Below are positions 1 through 10,153 of a DNA stretch of 64,000 nucleotides, one piece after another. Position numbers and translations under genes: made by a program. The notes beneath the pieces are model-generated. The model worked only from the letters and a program-made list of their open reading frames with translations. It had not been told where the DNA came from and searched no databases. Where the stretch lies: the NCBI GenBank assembly GCA_963977015.1, contig CAXBMO010000006.1, positions 32,001-96,000 on the forward strand, in the 5' to 3' direction. Source of the stretch: an uncultured bacterium (GTDB lineage: Bacteria > Verrucomicrobiota > Verrucomicrobiia > Verrucomicrobiales > DEV007). The first letter of the stretch is position 1. Each line of letters starts with the position of its first letter.

Positions 1-2
1 TC

Positions 3-3000
3 AGCTTTGCCGCGGAGACCTTGCAGAACGGGGTCTATGATCTCGCCACACCGCCGGTGGCGTCCACCTTCATCTGGCAAGGCGATGATGGCGCTTCGCC
101 CACCGCTTGGAATGTCGCTGAGAACTGGGCTGGCGGCGTTGTTCCGGGCACGAACGACATTGCCATCTTCAATGACGCGGATTCCACCGGCACGACGATT
201 GATTTGAGCACCGCAGGGCCCGTCGGCGGGGTTCGCTTTGAAAACGACGCCGACACCATCACCTTCACCAACGGCACGTTAACCACGGACATCATCGAGC
301 ATGTGGGAGGCGGCACGACCACATTCGACGCGACTTCGACGATTACCTCGAGCGCGTTTTCCGGCGTGGTCAGCGATGGCCGGTTGGAGTTCGAAGGCGT
401 GAACCAGAACATCAGTGCGGGGCAGTGGACCCTGACGGGCGGCACGTTGGCGGTCAGCGTCAACGGTTCGGATAGCAGTCTGGGTGACGGAGCGGTGAAC
501 GTGGAAGCAGCCGGGGGCGAGCTGGAGATGAACGGCATCGTGACGGAACCCCTGAATGTGCTGAGTCACTACGGGTTTCACATCAACAACGACAGCCTGG
601 CGATGGATCTGAACAACAACGGGGGCATGGTCGGCGGCGATGCCACGGGGAAAATCGCGCCCCACACCTTTCAATCCTTTCACGGACTGTCGCTCCTGAC
701 GGATGGCCCGGGCAACCGCGGGCTCGACTTCAACAGTGACGGAGAGTTCACGGCGACGGGTTCGATTGGCCAAAACGACAACTACTCGAACCTGTTCATT
801 GGTTACCTCACCGTTCCCACCGGAGAAGGAGGTGATTGGCAATTCCAGCGCGTCGCGGACGATGACCGCATGGGGATTTGGTTCGATATCGACCAGGACG
901 GTGTTTTTGAGTCGACCACTTCCGGGTTGGGCTCGAATCGCGGCGAACAATTGCAGTGGGACGGTGACAGCGGAGCCAAAACCGTCAACCTGACCGAGGG
1001 AGAATCTTACCTCTTTGCGGTAACGCATCGGGAAGGCGGCGGTGGTTCTCAGGTTCACGTCAATTTCAAGACGCCGAACGGATCGATGACCACGATCAAG
1101 CCGGGAGACGCCGCTCAAACCGGGATTTGGAGCGGGCTTCCGCAATCGTCCGGGGCAACTCTGGGCAACACGATCAATGTCAGTGAAGATTCGACCCTAA
1201 CCGTCAACACGGATGCGGAGATCACGATCGCGGATCTCAACATCACCCAGGCGGGGCGCGATTTGTCGTTTGGGACGGACTCCAATGGCAAACTGGTCGT
1301 CGATGGCGCGATTGACATCGTCGGCGACAGCGCGTTCCACGGGGTGAACGGAGGCATTTTGGAATCTCAGGGGATCGCGGCGTCCAACCCCGACTACGAT
1401 CTGCTCGTGGATGGTGCCGGGGTCTTGATCCTGAGCGGGGATTCCAATCACACCGGCCGAATCGACGTGAAAGGCGATGCGACGCTGGAACTTCAGACTT
1501 CGGGCGGATTCGGAACCAGCGATTCGACCGCGGCGACGGGAACGTTCGTGACGGAGAACGGATCACTCCGGCTTCGCGGCGTAACCGTGGATCGGAGCGA
1601 GCATGTGGAACTTTCGAGCAACGGAAACGTGGCTTCCGAAGGTGGGTTGCATCACGCTGGTGGGGCGGGCAACACCACGATCGGCACGAACATCATCCTA
1701 AGTGGCGATGCGACGATTCGCGCATCCGGCGGAGACCAGTTGAACCTCAATGCGGGAGTCGACATGGGCGGCAACACGTTGACGCTGGACGCCGAGACCT
1801 ACATCGGGATCAGCAGTCAGCCCATTTCCGGTTCCGGCGAAGTGGTTGCGACCGGTGGAAACGAAGTAAGGATCAATAGCAGCGCCGCCAATACCTACAC
1901 GGGCGGAACCACGATCACCGGCAACACCCAGATCCGCGCCTACGGAAATTCCGCCGTTGGAACTGGAGACGTGACGGTGGAGAGCGGAAGCACCCTCATC
2001 ATTCAGAATTCGGTCGTCCTCGCCAACAACTTCACCATTTCCGGCAACGGCAGAAACGATGCCGGGGCGATTCTCAGCGAGAACCAGTTCAACGAAATCA
2101 CCGGCAATGTGACCTTCGCCGGCAATACGCGGATCGATGTGACCGGACCGCAGTTAACGATCTCGGGGGTGGTGTCTGGCAGCGGGAATCTGCAAAAAGA
2201 AGACGCCGGAAATCTGGTCTTCGCCAACCCGGCGAGCGGATTTACCGGTTCAACCACGATCAATGCCGGTCAGGTGATCATCACCAGTGCCGCGGGAGCC
2301 GGCACGGGCAACCTGACGCTGAACAACGGCACAACGCTCGGGCTGGAGGGAACCTTCGACTACGACGTGGGGAACGCGATCGTGAACAACGGCGGGTTCA
2401 ACAACATCAGCGGCACTTCGGCGTTAACCGGGACCCTGTCGGTGGGCGGCTCGAACGTGATCTTTGCTTCCGACGCGGGCTTGCTGGACGTGCAGGCCAC
2501 GATCGACCTTGCACCGTCCAGCGCGGTCACGTTTGCGGGCGAAGGCGATGTGGAGATGCAGAACAGCTTCGGCAACGGAACGGAATTGGCCAGCGTTTCC
2601 AACGCACTCAGCCACTTCGGATTCCTGGGGAGCGCCGACAGCTTTCTCGATCTGGGCAACAACGGCGGAATGTTTGCCGGAGGCGATCCTCTGAGCCTGG
2701 CAAACGCGACCGGCGTGACGCTCCTGACCGACGGACCTGGCGGGCGCGGCCTTGATTTCGACAACAATTCGGATTTCCAGAACGATGGGCCGATTCCCGC
2801 GGGGCAGAACAGCAACTACTCGAATTTGATCATTGGCACCCTTCACGTGGATGCCGCGAACGCGGGTGATTGGACGTTTGACTCCGACTCCAAGGACGAC
2901 CGGATCGGGATCTGGCTGGATCTCGACCAGGACGGAATTTTTGAGTCGAGCAGCGCCGGGCTGGGATCGAATCGGGGCGAACAGATCAATTGGAACGGCA

Positions 3001-6000
3001 CGGGCGCCTTTACCCTGACATTGAACGAAGGCGATTATCTCTTTGCCGTGACCCACCGGCAGGGGAGCGGTGGATCGACGCTGGACATGCACGTGACGAC
3101 CCCGACTCTGGCGAAAACGGAGATTAAACCTTCCGATGCCGCGCAAGCCGAGTTCTGGAGTTCCTACGCCGCTCCGGTCAGCAACGCGGTTAACAAATTC
3201 GGGAACGGCACGGTCACGCTTCACTCCGCGAACCAGCAAAGCGAAACCAACGTTTATGGAGGAACCGTGCTGGTTTCGGATTCGGGCGCCTTGGGAAGCA
3301 CTTCGGCAGCGGTAACTCTCGATGGCGGTTCCATCGTTCTGGACGGCAGCGGCATGGTGGTGCAGAAGGACGAGATTGCGATCAATGCGGTCGGCGATAC
3401 TTCGGTTGGCGGCGCGATTTCCAACACGGGCGGAGACAACACGCTGGAAGTGACCACGATCGTCGCGGGAGAAGGCACAACGGGCCGACTCGGGATTGGA
3501 TCGGCTGCGGGAACGCTGACGATTCAAGCTGCGGGTGGCGCGGCGACCGATTTCGATCTTGGCTTCGCGAGCCTGCAACTTGGCGGCGAGGGCGATGTCC
3601 TTTTGAACGCGGATATCACCGAGCAGGCTCCCGGTTCAACCGGAATTGCGGGCACGGTAACGGCGTATCTGTTTAGCGGCAACGATACCGACTTGCCGGG
3701 TGACGGCTCACAGATCGCCCAGACCACGTTGACCGTGGACGATGGTCCGCTCTACTACGATTCGCAGGAAGACATGATGGCGCGACTCTTTCCCAGCGAG
3801 CTTCCTGGAATCGGAAATGCCGGCAATCCGGTCGATCCGCAGAACTTTGCCATCACGATTGTTGGCGATCTCACCCTCGATGCGGGCGTGACGGACTTGC
3901 AGGTTCGTGCCGCTCTCGATCCAGATGACGCGAACCGGTTCCGGCTTGATTCCAACCAGAACGGCGTGTTTGAAAATGGCAGCTCGGAGACCAGCACCGA
4001 GAGCGGAAATACCTTTACGCACACCGGCTTCACCGGGTTGGCTGGAGGTGAAACCTACCAGTTTGCGATGCAGGTGCGCGAAGGTGGCGGCAGTGTGAGG
4101 ATGGGGTTCGAATTCAGCACGGATGGCGGCACCACCTGGCATCAATTTGAGATCGGGGCAGGCAATGGATTGACCATCGGCACCCCGGTCGAAGCGACGA
4201 ACGAGCTGGTCAAGACCGGTGCAGGCACGGCCACGTTGTTGGGAGACAATTCCGGGTTGGACAGTGAAATTGCCATCCATCAGGGCACGCTGGTCGCGAC
4301 GAACGATCAATCGCTCGGTCATGGCGACACGATCCGGATTTTTGACGGCGGCACGCTGGGGCTGGATGATCGGGGAAGCGGAACGCCGGTCGATGTTGCC
4401 CAGAATATCGAGATTCAGCATATCGGGGCGGCGGCGAACTCGATGGCCGCGGACCTACGCAACCTCGGCGGAGACAACACCGTTTCCGGAGACATCTCGT
4501 TGTTTGGCCGTCCGGATCTGGGCGAGCTTGGCTTCAGCTCCGGTAGCTTTTCCGATTCTGCGGACCTGGATTTCACGGGAGAATTCGTGGAAGCGGTGAA
4601 TCTTGCGGGACCGGCCGTGGTGGTTGGTGAGGCGGCCTTCGCAGACTCCTCGCCGAACGTCAAGTTGAGCAGCTCTTGGACGCTTTCCTCGATCAGCAAC
4701 TGGGGAAATTCCGACGCCAATCTGGACGGCGGCGATGGCGGAGTGGGCGGCGGCGCGGAAGGAGCCTTGGAAACGGTTCTCAAGGACGTGCAGGTTGGCG
4801 GGTTGAATCCCAGTAACCTGACCCTGGACGTCAGCAACCTGCAGGAAGGGCAGGCCTACAAACTTCAGCTTCTCTTCATGGATGACAACAGCAACACGCG
4901 AAGCTTTAACGTGGTGCAGGATGGGTCCGTTCTGGCGGAGGATTTCAATGTGCGGACGAATACGAACACCACTGGCCGAGTCGTGACCAACACCTTTATT
5001 GCGACCGGAACCACCACGCAGATTGTGCTCGAAGGCATTGGAGTGCCTTCCAACGGTGATCACAATCCGATCATCAATGGCATGACCCTGGAACTCGTCT
5101 CCACCGCCGAGCAGGCTGGTGAGCTGCGTTTCGCCAGCGATACGGGCACCGTCACCGTGAGCGGCGCTTTCGACCTGACGACGAACAATTCGGATTCGCT
5201 GGCGATCGAGGTGGAGGGGGCTGGAAACGTTGCGGTGAGCGGCACGATCGACGATGGCGCGGCAGGCGTCGCGCTTACCAAAACAGGGAGCGGCAAACTC
5301 TCTCTCGAGGGGGCGAATACCTTTGCCGGCGGCACGAACGTGAACGGTGGCACCTTGGAAGCCAACAACGCCAGCGGCTCGGCGACCGGCACCGGCAATC
5401 TCGACGTGACAGGCGGAATGCTGAGCGGAACTGGGAACGTGACCGGAAACGTCACCGTGACCGGCGGAACGGTGGATCCCGGAGTGACGACCGGTGATCT
5501 GGGCGTGGGACGATTGGTGCTGGATGCGACCACGACCTTTGCGGCACAGATCAGCGGAACCATTTCCGGGGACGGCGCAGGAACCTTCGATCAACTCGAT
5601 GTGACCGGCGAAGTCTTCCTGCGCGACGCCGTCTTGGATCTCAGTTTGAACGGTTACGCGCCAACCGTGGGTGACCGGCTGAAACTCATCGATAATGATG
5701 GGGCCGACTCGATCTTTCTCACCTTCAATGGATTGCCCGAGGGGGCCGAGTTTGTCGCCGACGGCGTGAAGTTTGCCATCAGCTACGCCGGCGGAGATGG
5801 CAACGACGTGGTGCTGACCGTGCGTCCGCCCTCCCAGGTTTACATTGACGACAGCTTCGCGGCGGCGGGATCGATCGTGGATGGGGATTTGGAGACGGCG
5901 GCGCCCGCGCTGGAAAACGCCATCGTCGGTTACAACGCGTTCTCCAGTATTGGAGCTTCGCTGGGTTCGTTGGATCCCGCAGCGCCGGCCACGATCACGG

Positions 6001-7625
6001 TCAACGGTGGCAACTATGGCGGCGCGGTCAATTTGACGAGTTTCCCGAACGATATCGTTCTCCGTTTCGTGCAGGGAGACACCACCCTGGGTTCGCTGAC
6101 CGCTGGCCCGAACGACACGATTTCGCTCGGCGGACACGATGGGAACCACCCCGCTGCGGTGAATCTGACCCTGAGCGGACCGGGAACCAGCACGATCGAC
6201 GCGGATATTTCCGGGAGTGGTAGTCTGACTCAGACCGGCGGCACCGTGTTGCTCAACGGCAACAACTCCTACTCCGGCCCCACAACGATCGATGGAGGTG
6301 TTTTGGGCGGAACCGGGAACGTACCCGGAGATTTGACGGTCAATGTCGGAGGCACGGTTGATCCGGGATCCGTCGGCGGAACCGGCACGCTCAATGTTGA
6401 TGGAAACCTAAACCAGAACGGCGGCGCGATTCAATTGGATGTCGATGACACGGTTGGCGACTTGCTGGTGGTGACCGGAACGTTGACCCTTGGCGGCGAG
6501 TTGGTGCCGAAGGTGATCGCTGGTCCGGCTCCCGGAAGTTCTCTTGTCATGATCCAGGCTGGCGCAATCACCGGTCAGTTCGCTACTCCCTGGGAGGATG
6601 GCGCGGTCAACCCGGTGGGGAGCGTCCAGATCACCACGATTTATCCCGGGACGGAACTCGAGTTTGCGTTCGAAGCCGGCCCCATGGCGCCAGGTGGGGA
6701 GACACCGGCGGATCCGGGAGCTTCAGGAGAAACGCCCCCGCTAATTCTAGACGGAGAAACCGTGGCGAACTCTGAAATCATTGCCGAAGAGCTGGCACCC
6801 GAAGATCTTGTCGGGGATGCGACCGAGGCACTCAACATTCTGGGAGCCTTGTTCAATGATTTGTATCTCCGTCCGATCGGCGACGATTCCGGGTTCGAAG
6901 AAGGAGAGGGAAGCTTTGGGGGAACCACTGACGATCCGGCCTTGGAGCTGGAGGTCGTCTCAATCGAAGACGGACAGGATTTTGATGGACTGGGCCTCTA
7001 CATCAATCTTCCGGAAGAGGCGGACGGTTTCATCTTCGTCCACTATGACCCGGCCGCTCCGGAAACGTTGAACTTCCAACTGCGAGGTGAAGCCAACCAA
7101 AATTTGAGTGTGGAAGAGGCCTACAACCTGCTGCTCCATCCCGGCTACTTCCGCAGCATTTTCCAGGTTGAAGAGGAGAACGACGATCCGTTGGTGAATC
7201 CTGTCAATCCGGGGCCGGAGGGCAACGAAAGCTCGGGGGACGAGTCGGCCGAGGTTCAACTAACCGGGCTCTTGGAAAACTTCCAGCTGCAGAGTGAACC
7301 CGTGATTTTTGCCGGGCTCGAAGTTCCATCCGATGCTTCTGAAGTTCCCGAGGCAACGATTTCGGGCGTGGCCCGTTCGGGAGAACGCGTGATCCTGGTT
7401 CTGAAAGATGAAGCCGCTTCGGAAATTGGCCGGGAGACGGCGGAGGCGAATCAGGATGGTCATTGGTCGGTGGTGGTCGATCGTTCGCAGGTCGTCGAAT
7501 TGGAGGTTCAATCGAGCCAGGGCAGCCATACGTATCTGGTTGATACGGAAACGCTCAACGCCGCGATCGATAATCTCGAAACCGAACCGGGAACGATGCT
7601 TGGACAGATCGTCGATGCAGTTTAG
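3..7625 (+). CDS. Giant surface adhesin-like protein with autotransporter-associated beta-strand repeats and PA14-like/malectin-like modules (5'-truncated)
   Basis: Frame is open from nt 3 with no upstream stop, >2530 aa, G/T/N/S/D-rich. Repeats include LTKTGSGKLSLEGANTFAGGTNVNGGTL, LVKTGAGTATLLGDN and SYAGGDGNDVVL. PA14-like DD..G / HREGGGG modules. No C-terminal beta-barrel seen. Confidence 0.85.
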   Translation, partial: SFAAETLQNGVYDLATPPVASTFIWQGDDGASPTAWNVAENWAGGVVPGTNDIAIFNDADSTGTTIDLSTAGPVGGVRFENDADTITFTNGTLTTDIIEHVGGGTTTFDATSTITSSAFSGVVSDGRLEFEGVNQNISAGQWTLTGGTLAVSVNGSDSSLGDGAVNVEAAGGELEMNGIVTEPLNVLSHYGFHINNDSLAMDLNNNGGMVGGDATGKIAPHTFQSFHGLSLLTDGPGNRGLDFNSDGEFTATGSIGQNDNYSNLFIGYLTVPTGEGGDWQFQRVADDDRMGIWFDIDQDGVFESTTSGLGSNRGEQLQWDGDSGAKTVNLTEGESYLFAVTHREGGGGSQVHVNFKTPNGSMTTIKPGDAAQTGIWSGLPQSSGATLGNTINVSEDSTLTVNTDAEITIADLNITQAGRDLSFGTDSNGKLVVDGAIDIVGDSAFHGVNGGILESQGIAASNPDYDLLVDGAGVLILSGDSNHTGRIDVKGDATLELQTSGGFGTSDSTAATGTFVTENGSLRLRGVTVDRSEHVELSSNGNVASEGGLHHAGGAGNTTIGTNIILSGDATIRASGGDQLNLNAGVDMGGNTLTLDAETYIGISSQPISGSGEVVATGGNEVRINSSAANTYTGGTTITGNTQIRAYGNSAVGTGDVTVESGSTLIIQNSVVLANNFTISGNGRNDAGAILSENQFNEITGNVTFAGNTRIDVTGPQLTISGVVSGSGNLQKEDAGNLVFANPASGFTGSTTINAGQVIITSAAGAGTGNLTLNNGTTLGLEGTFDYDVGNAIVNNGGFNNISGTSALTGTLSVGGSNVIFASDAGLLDVQATIDLAPSSAVTFAGEGDVEMQNSFGNGTELASVSNALSHFGFLGSADSFLDLGNNGGMFAGGDPLSLANATGVTLLTDGPGGRGLDFDNNSDFQNDGPIPAGQNSNYSNLIIGTLHVDAANAGDWTFDSDSKDDRIGIWLDLDQDGIFESSSAGLGSNRGEQINWNGTGAFTLTLNEGDYLFAVTHRQGSGGSTLDMHVTTPTLAKTEIKPSDAAQAEFWSSYAAPVSNAVNKFGNGTVTLHSANQQSETNVYGGTVLVSDSGALGSTSAAVTLDGGSIVLDGSGMVVQKDEIAINAVGDTSVGGAISNTGGDNTLEVTTIVAGEGTTGRLGIGSAAGTLTIQAAGGAATDFDLGFASLQLGGEGDVLLNADITEQAPGSTGIAGTVTAYLFSGNDTDLPGDGSQIAQTTLTVDDGPLYYDSQEDMMARLFPSELPGIGNAGNPVDPQNFAITIVGDLTLDAGVTDLQVRAALDPDDANRFRLDSNQNGVFENGSSETSTESGNTFTHTGFTGLAGGETYQFAMQVREGGGSVRMGFEFSTDGGTTWHQFEIGAGNGLTIGTPVEATNELVKTGAGTATLLGDNSGLDSEIAIHQGTLVATNDQSLGHGDTIRIFDGGTLGLDDRGSGTPVDVAQNIEIQHIGAAANSMAADLRNLGGDNTVSGDISLFGRPDLGELGFSSGSFSDSADLDFTGEFVEAVNLAGPAVVVGEAAFADSSPNVKLSSSWTLSSISNWGNSDANLDGGDGGVGGGAEGALETVLKDVQVGGLNPSNLTLDVSNLQEGQAYKLQLLFMDDNSNTRSFNVVQDGSVLAEDFNVRTNTNTTGRVVTNTFIATGTTTQIVLEGIGVPSNGDHNPIINGMTLELVSTAEQAGELRFASDTGTVTVSGAFDLTTNNSDSLAIEVEGAGNVAVSGTIDDGAAGVALTKTGSGKLSLEGANTFAGGTNVNGGTLEANNASGSATGTGNLDVTGGMLSGTGNVTGNVTVTGGTVDPGVTTGDLGVGRLVLDATTTFAAQISGTISGDGAGTFDQLDVTGEVFLRDAVLDLSLNGYAPTVGDRLKLIDNDGADSIFLTFNGLPEGAEFVADGVKFAISYAGGDGNDVVLTVRPPSQVYIDDSFAAAGSIVDGDLETAAPALENAIVGYNAFSSIGASLGSLDPAAPATITVNGGNYGGAVNLTSFPNDIVLRFVQGDTTLGSLTAGPNDTISLGGHDGNHPAAVNLTLSGPGTSTIDADISGSGSLTQTGGTVLLNGNNSYSGPTTIDGGVLGGTGNVPGDLTVNVGGTVDPGSVGGTGTLNVDGNLNQNGGAIQLDVDDTVGDLLVVTGTLTLGGELVPKVIAGPAPGSSLVMIQAGAITGQFATPWEDGAVNPVGSVQITTIYPGTELEFAFEAGPMAPGGETPADPGASGETPPLILDGETVANSEIIAEELAPEDLVGDATEALNILGALFNDLYLRPIGDDSGFEEGEGSFGGTTDDPALELEVVSIEDGQDFDGLGLYINLPEEADGFIFVHYDPAAPETLNFQLRGEANQNLSVEEAYNLLLHPGYFRSIFQVEEENDDPLVNPVNPGPEGNESSGDESAEVQLTGLLENFQLQSEPVIFAGLEVPSDASEVPEATISGVARSGERVILVLKDEAASEIGRETAEANQDGHWSVVVDRSQVVELEVQSSQGSHTYLVDTETLNAAIDNLETEPGTMLGQIVDAV

Positions 7626-10151
7626 ATGTCTTCCTTGATGACAAAGCTCGCAGGGTTCTTCTTCAGCTTGCCTCTGATGGCGATTGGCGCGGCCGCAGCG
7701 GCGGACTGGGACAATACGCTCGTCAATTATTGCTTCGAGTGCCACGACGATGCGACCGAGAAAGCCGGGTTTTCGTTGGAATCGCTGGAGGCCGACTTTC
7801 TGGGGCGATCCAATCACGAAGCCTGGGTTCGCGTTCACGACCGCCTTGCCAAGGGTGAAATGCCGCCCCGCGATGAGCCGCAGCCGAATGACACCGAGCG
7901 GCGGGAGTTGCTCGCGGCATTGGCGGAAAAACTGCACGCGGCCTCGTTGCAACATCAATCCGAGGGACGCGTCGCGTTCCGGCGCCTGAATCGAAACGAG
8001 TATGAATACACGATGCATGATTTGCTGGGAATCGGCGCGGATTTGAGGTCGCTCTTGCCGGAAGACAACAAGGCCGGCGGTTTTGACACGGTCAGCGCGG
8101 GTTTGGAGACTTCGGCCACGCACCTGGTGCGCTATCAGATCGCGGCGGATCAGGCCTTGGCGGGAGTTTATCCGGCTCGCGTCTTGTCGCGGAATTCCGG
8201 GACGCCGCGATTCCGCATGACTGGCCGGGAATTTTTGGAAGGCCGCCAGGAGGTTCACCAAAAGGGAATCAAACCCTACATTCAGATTCGCGGTGACACT
8301 TTTGTTTACGGAGCGCAGCTTTACAAGCACGGCAGCGTTCAGACGCAGCGAACGATTCCCGATCGGGAAGGCAAAACGCGGGCTTCCCCCGTGGTCGCGG
8401 GCCGTTACCGGATTCGCGCCTCCATGCATGCGCTCAATACGGACAGACCCATTCCCGTGACGATTGGCCGAATTTCCACGGATCGTTTCGGCCACGACAA
8501 ACTGGAGCATCTGCTGGAGATCCGCGATGCCCTTCCCAATCAACCGCGGGTCGTCGAATTGGAAGCCGATTTGGCGGCGAACGAGCAGGTCTATCTTTCG
8601 CCCAACAGCCTCACCCCGTTCCGAAATCTGAAAGGGCCCGACAAAAAGCCGATCCTCCCGGATTTCACGGGCCCCTGCCTCGCGGTGGATTGGCTGGAGA
8701 TCGAGGGGCCGTTGACGGAGGTCGATAGTTTCCAGGATTACTTCGGAGGTTTGCCCCGCGTTCCGGCGCGTTTCTACGAGGATTTCCTGGCCGGAAAAAA
8801 GGTTCAGGATTGGCAACGGATGAACCCAAACGAGTTCCTGAAACCGCAAAACCGGCTCCGGCTCATTTCCGATTCACCTGGCGAAGACGCGGAACGGTTG
8901 GTTCGCCACTTTATCCGGCGCGCGTTCCGGGGCATGGGGGATGAAGCGTTGTCACAGGGATTCGTCGATCGGGCGCAGAAGTTGATCGCCGATGGAGAGC
9001 CTCTCGAAGACGCCCTGCTGACGGTTTACAAGGAAGTCCTGTGTTCGCCGCATTTCCTCTTCCGGATCGAAGAGCCTGGCGAGCTGAACGACTTCGCTCT
9101 GGCGTCGCGCTTGTCCTATTTTCTGTGGAGCTCGGCGCCGGATGACGCGTTGCTCGATCTGGCGGAGAAGGGTGAGCTGCGAAAGCCCGAAGTCTTGCGC
9201 GCGCAGACCGAGCGAATGCTGAACGATTGGCGCTCGGAGCGTTTTGTCCGGCATTTCGCCGGCCAGTGGCTGGATCTCGAAAAGCTCCACGAGATGAAGC
9301 CGGACAGGATCTATTTCGAGTATGATGAAGATCTTGCGTGGTCGATGGGGGAGGAGACGCGGCGGTTTTTTGAGGAAGTGTTGGCGCGGAATCTGCCGGT
9401 GACGGAGTTTGTCGATTCCGATTGGTCGATGCTCAACGCGCGGCTGGCGCGGCATTACGGAATCGAGGGTGTCACCGGCATGGACCTGCGCCGCGTCAAG
9501 TTGCCTCCGGACGCTCATCGTGGCGGAATCATCACGCAGGCGAGCATTCTCAAACTTACCACCAACGCCTCCTACACATCACCGATCAAGCGGGGCGTGT
9601 GGATTTTGGAGAGGATTCTGGGAACGCCGCCTTCTCCGCCGCCGCCCGCGATTGAGGCGATCGAGCCCGATATTCGCGGCGCGGTGACGATTCGCGAGCA
9701 GATGGTGGCGCACAAAACGCAGGCCGTTTGCGCCTCCTGCCATGTGAAGATCGATCCGCCGGGGTTCGCGCTGGAAAACTTCGATGTCCTGGGAGGTTGG
9801 CGCGAGCGGTATCGCGTCGGCAAAGGCGGGCCCGGGATCGACTACGTTCACCTGGCGAACTATCCTGAGAAAAAGGTCTGGCTGGCGAAACCGGTCGAAG
9901 CCTTCGGCGAAACGCCCGATGGCGCCGAGTTTGCCGGGATTGACGATTACCGCCAATTGCTGCTGCGTCACCCGGAGCAAATCGCCCGCAATCTCGTTGA
10001 AAAGCTCATGATTTACGGGACGGGAGCTGAGCTGGAATTCGCCGACCGCCAGGTGGTGGAGGAAATCGTCGAAGCCGCGAAAGCGGACGAATACGGATTC
10101 CGTTCCCTGCTCCACGCCGTCGTCCAGAGCCGAATTTTCCGAAACAAATAA
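7626..10151 (+). CDS. DUF1592/DUF1588/DUF1595-type (PSD) cytochrome c domain protein
   Basis: Signal peptide, CFECH and CASCH heme motifs, RRLNRNEYEYT, LASRLSYFLWSSAPD, TSPIKRGVWILE, DPPGFALENFD. Start may be 7638. Confidence 0.9.
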   Translation: MSSLMTKLAGFFFSLPLMAIGAAAAADWDNTLVNYCFECHDDATEKAGFSLESLEADFLGRSNHEAWVRVHDRLAKGEMPPRDEPQPNDTERRELLAALAEKLHAASLQHQSEGRVAFRRLNRNEYEYTMHDLLGIGADLRSLLPEDNKAGGFDTVSAGLETSATHLVRYQIAADQALAGVYPARVLSRNSGTPRFRMTGREFLEGRQEVHQKGIKPYIQIRGDTFVYGAQLYKHGSVQTQRTIPDREGKTRASPVVAGRYRIRASMHALNTDRPIPVTIGRISTDRFGHDKLEHLLEIRDALPNQPRVVELEADLAANEQVYLSPNSLTPFRNLKGPDKKPILPDFTGPCLAVDWLEIEGPLTEVDSFQDYFGGLPRVPARFYEDFLAGKKVQDWQRMNPNEFLKPQNRLRLISDSPGEDAERLVRHFIRRAFRGMGDEALSQGFVDRAQKLIADGEPLEDALLTVYKEVLCSPHFLFRIEEPGELNDFALASRLSYFLWSSAPDDALLDLAEKGELRKPEVLRAQTERMLNDWRSERFVRHFAGQWLDLEKLHEMKPDRIYFEYDEDLAWSMGEETRRFFEEVLARNLPVTEFVDSDWSMLNARLARHYGIEGVTGMDLRRVKLPPDAHRGGIITQASILKLTTNASYTSPIKRGVWILERILGTPPSPPPPAIEAIEPDIRGAVTIREQMVAHKTQAVCASCHVKIDPPGFALENFDVLGGWRERYRVGKGGPGIDYVHLANYPEKKVWLAKPVEAFGETPDGAEFAGIDDYRQLLLRHPEQIARNLVEKLMIYGTGAELEFADRQVVEEIVEAAKADEYGFRSLLHAVVQSRIFRNK

Positions 10152-10153
10152 CC

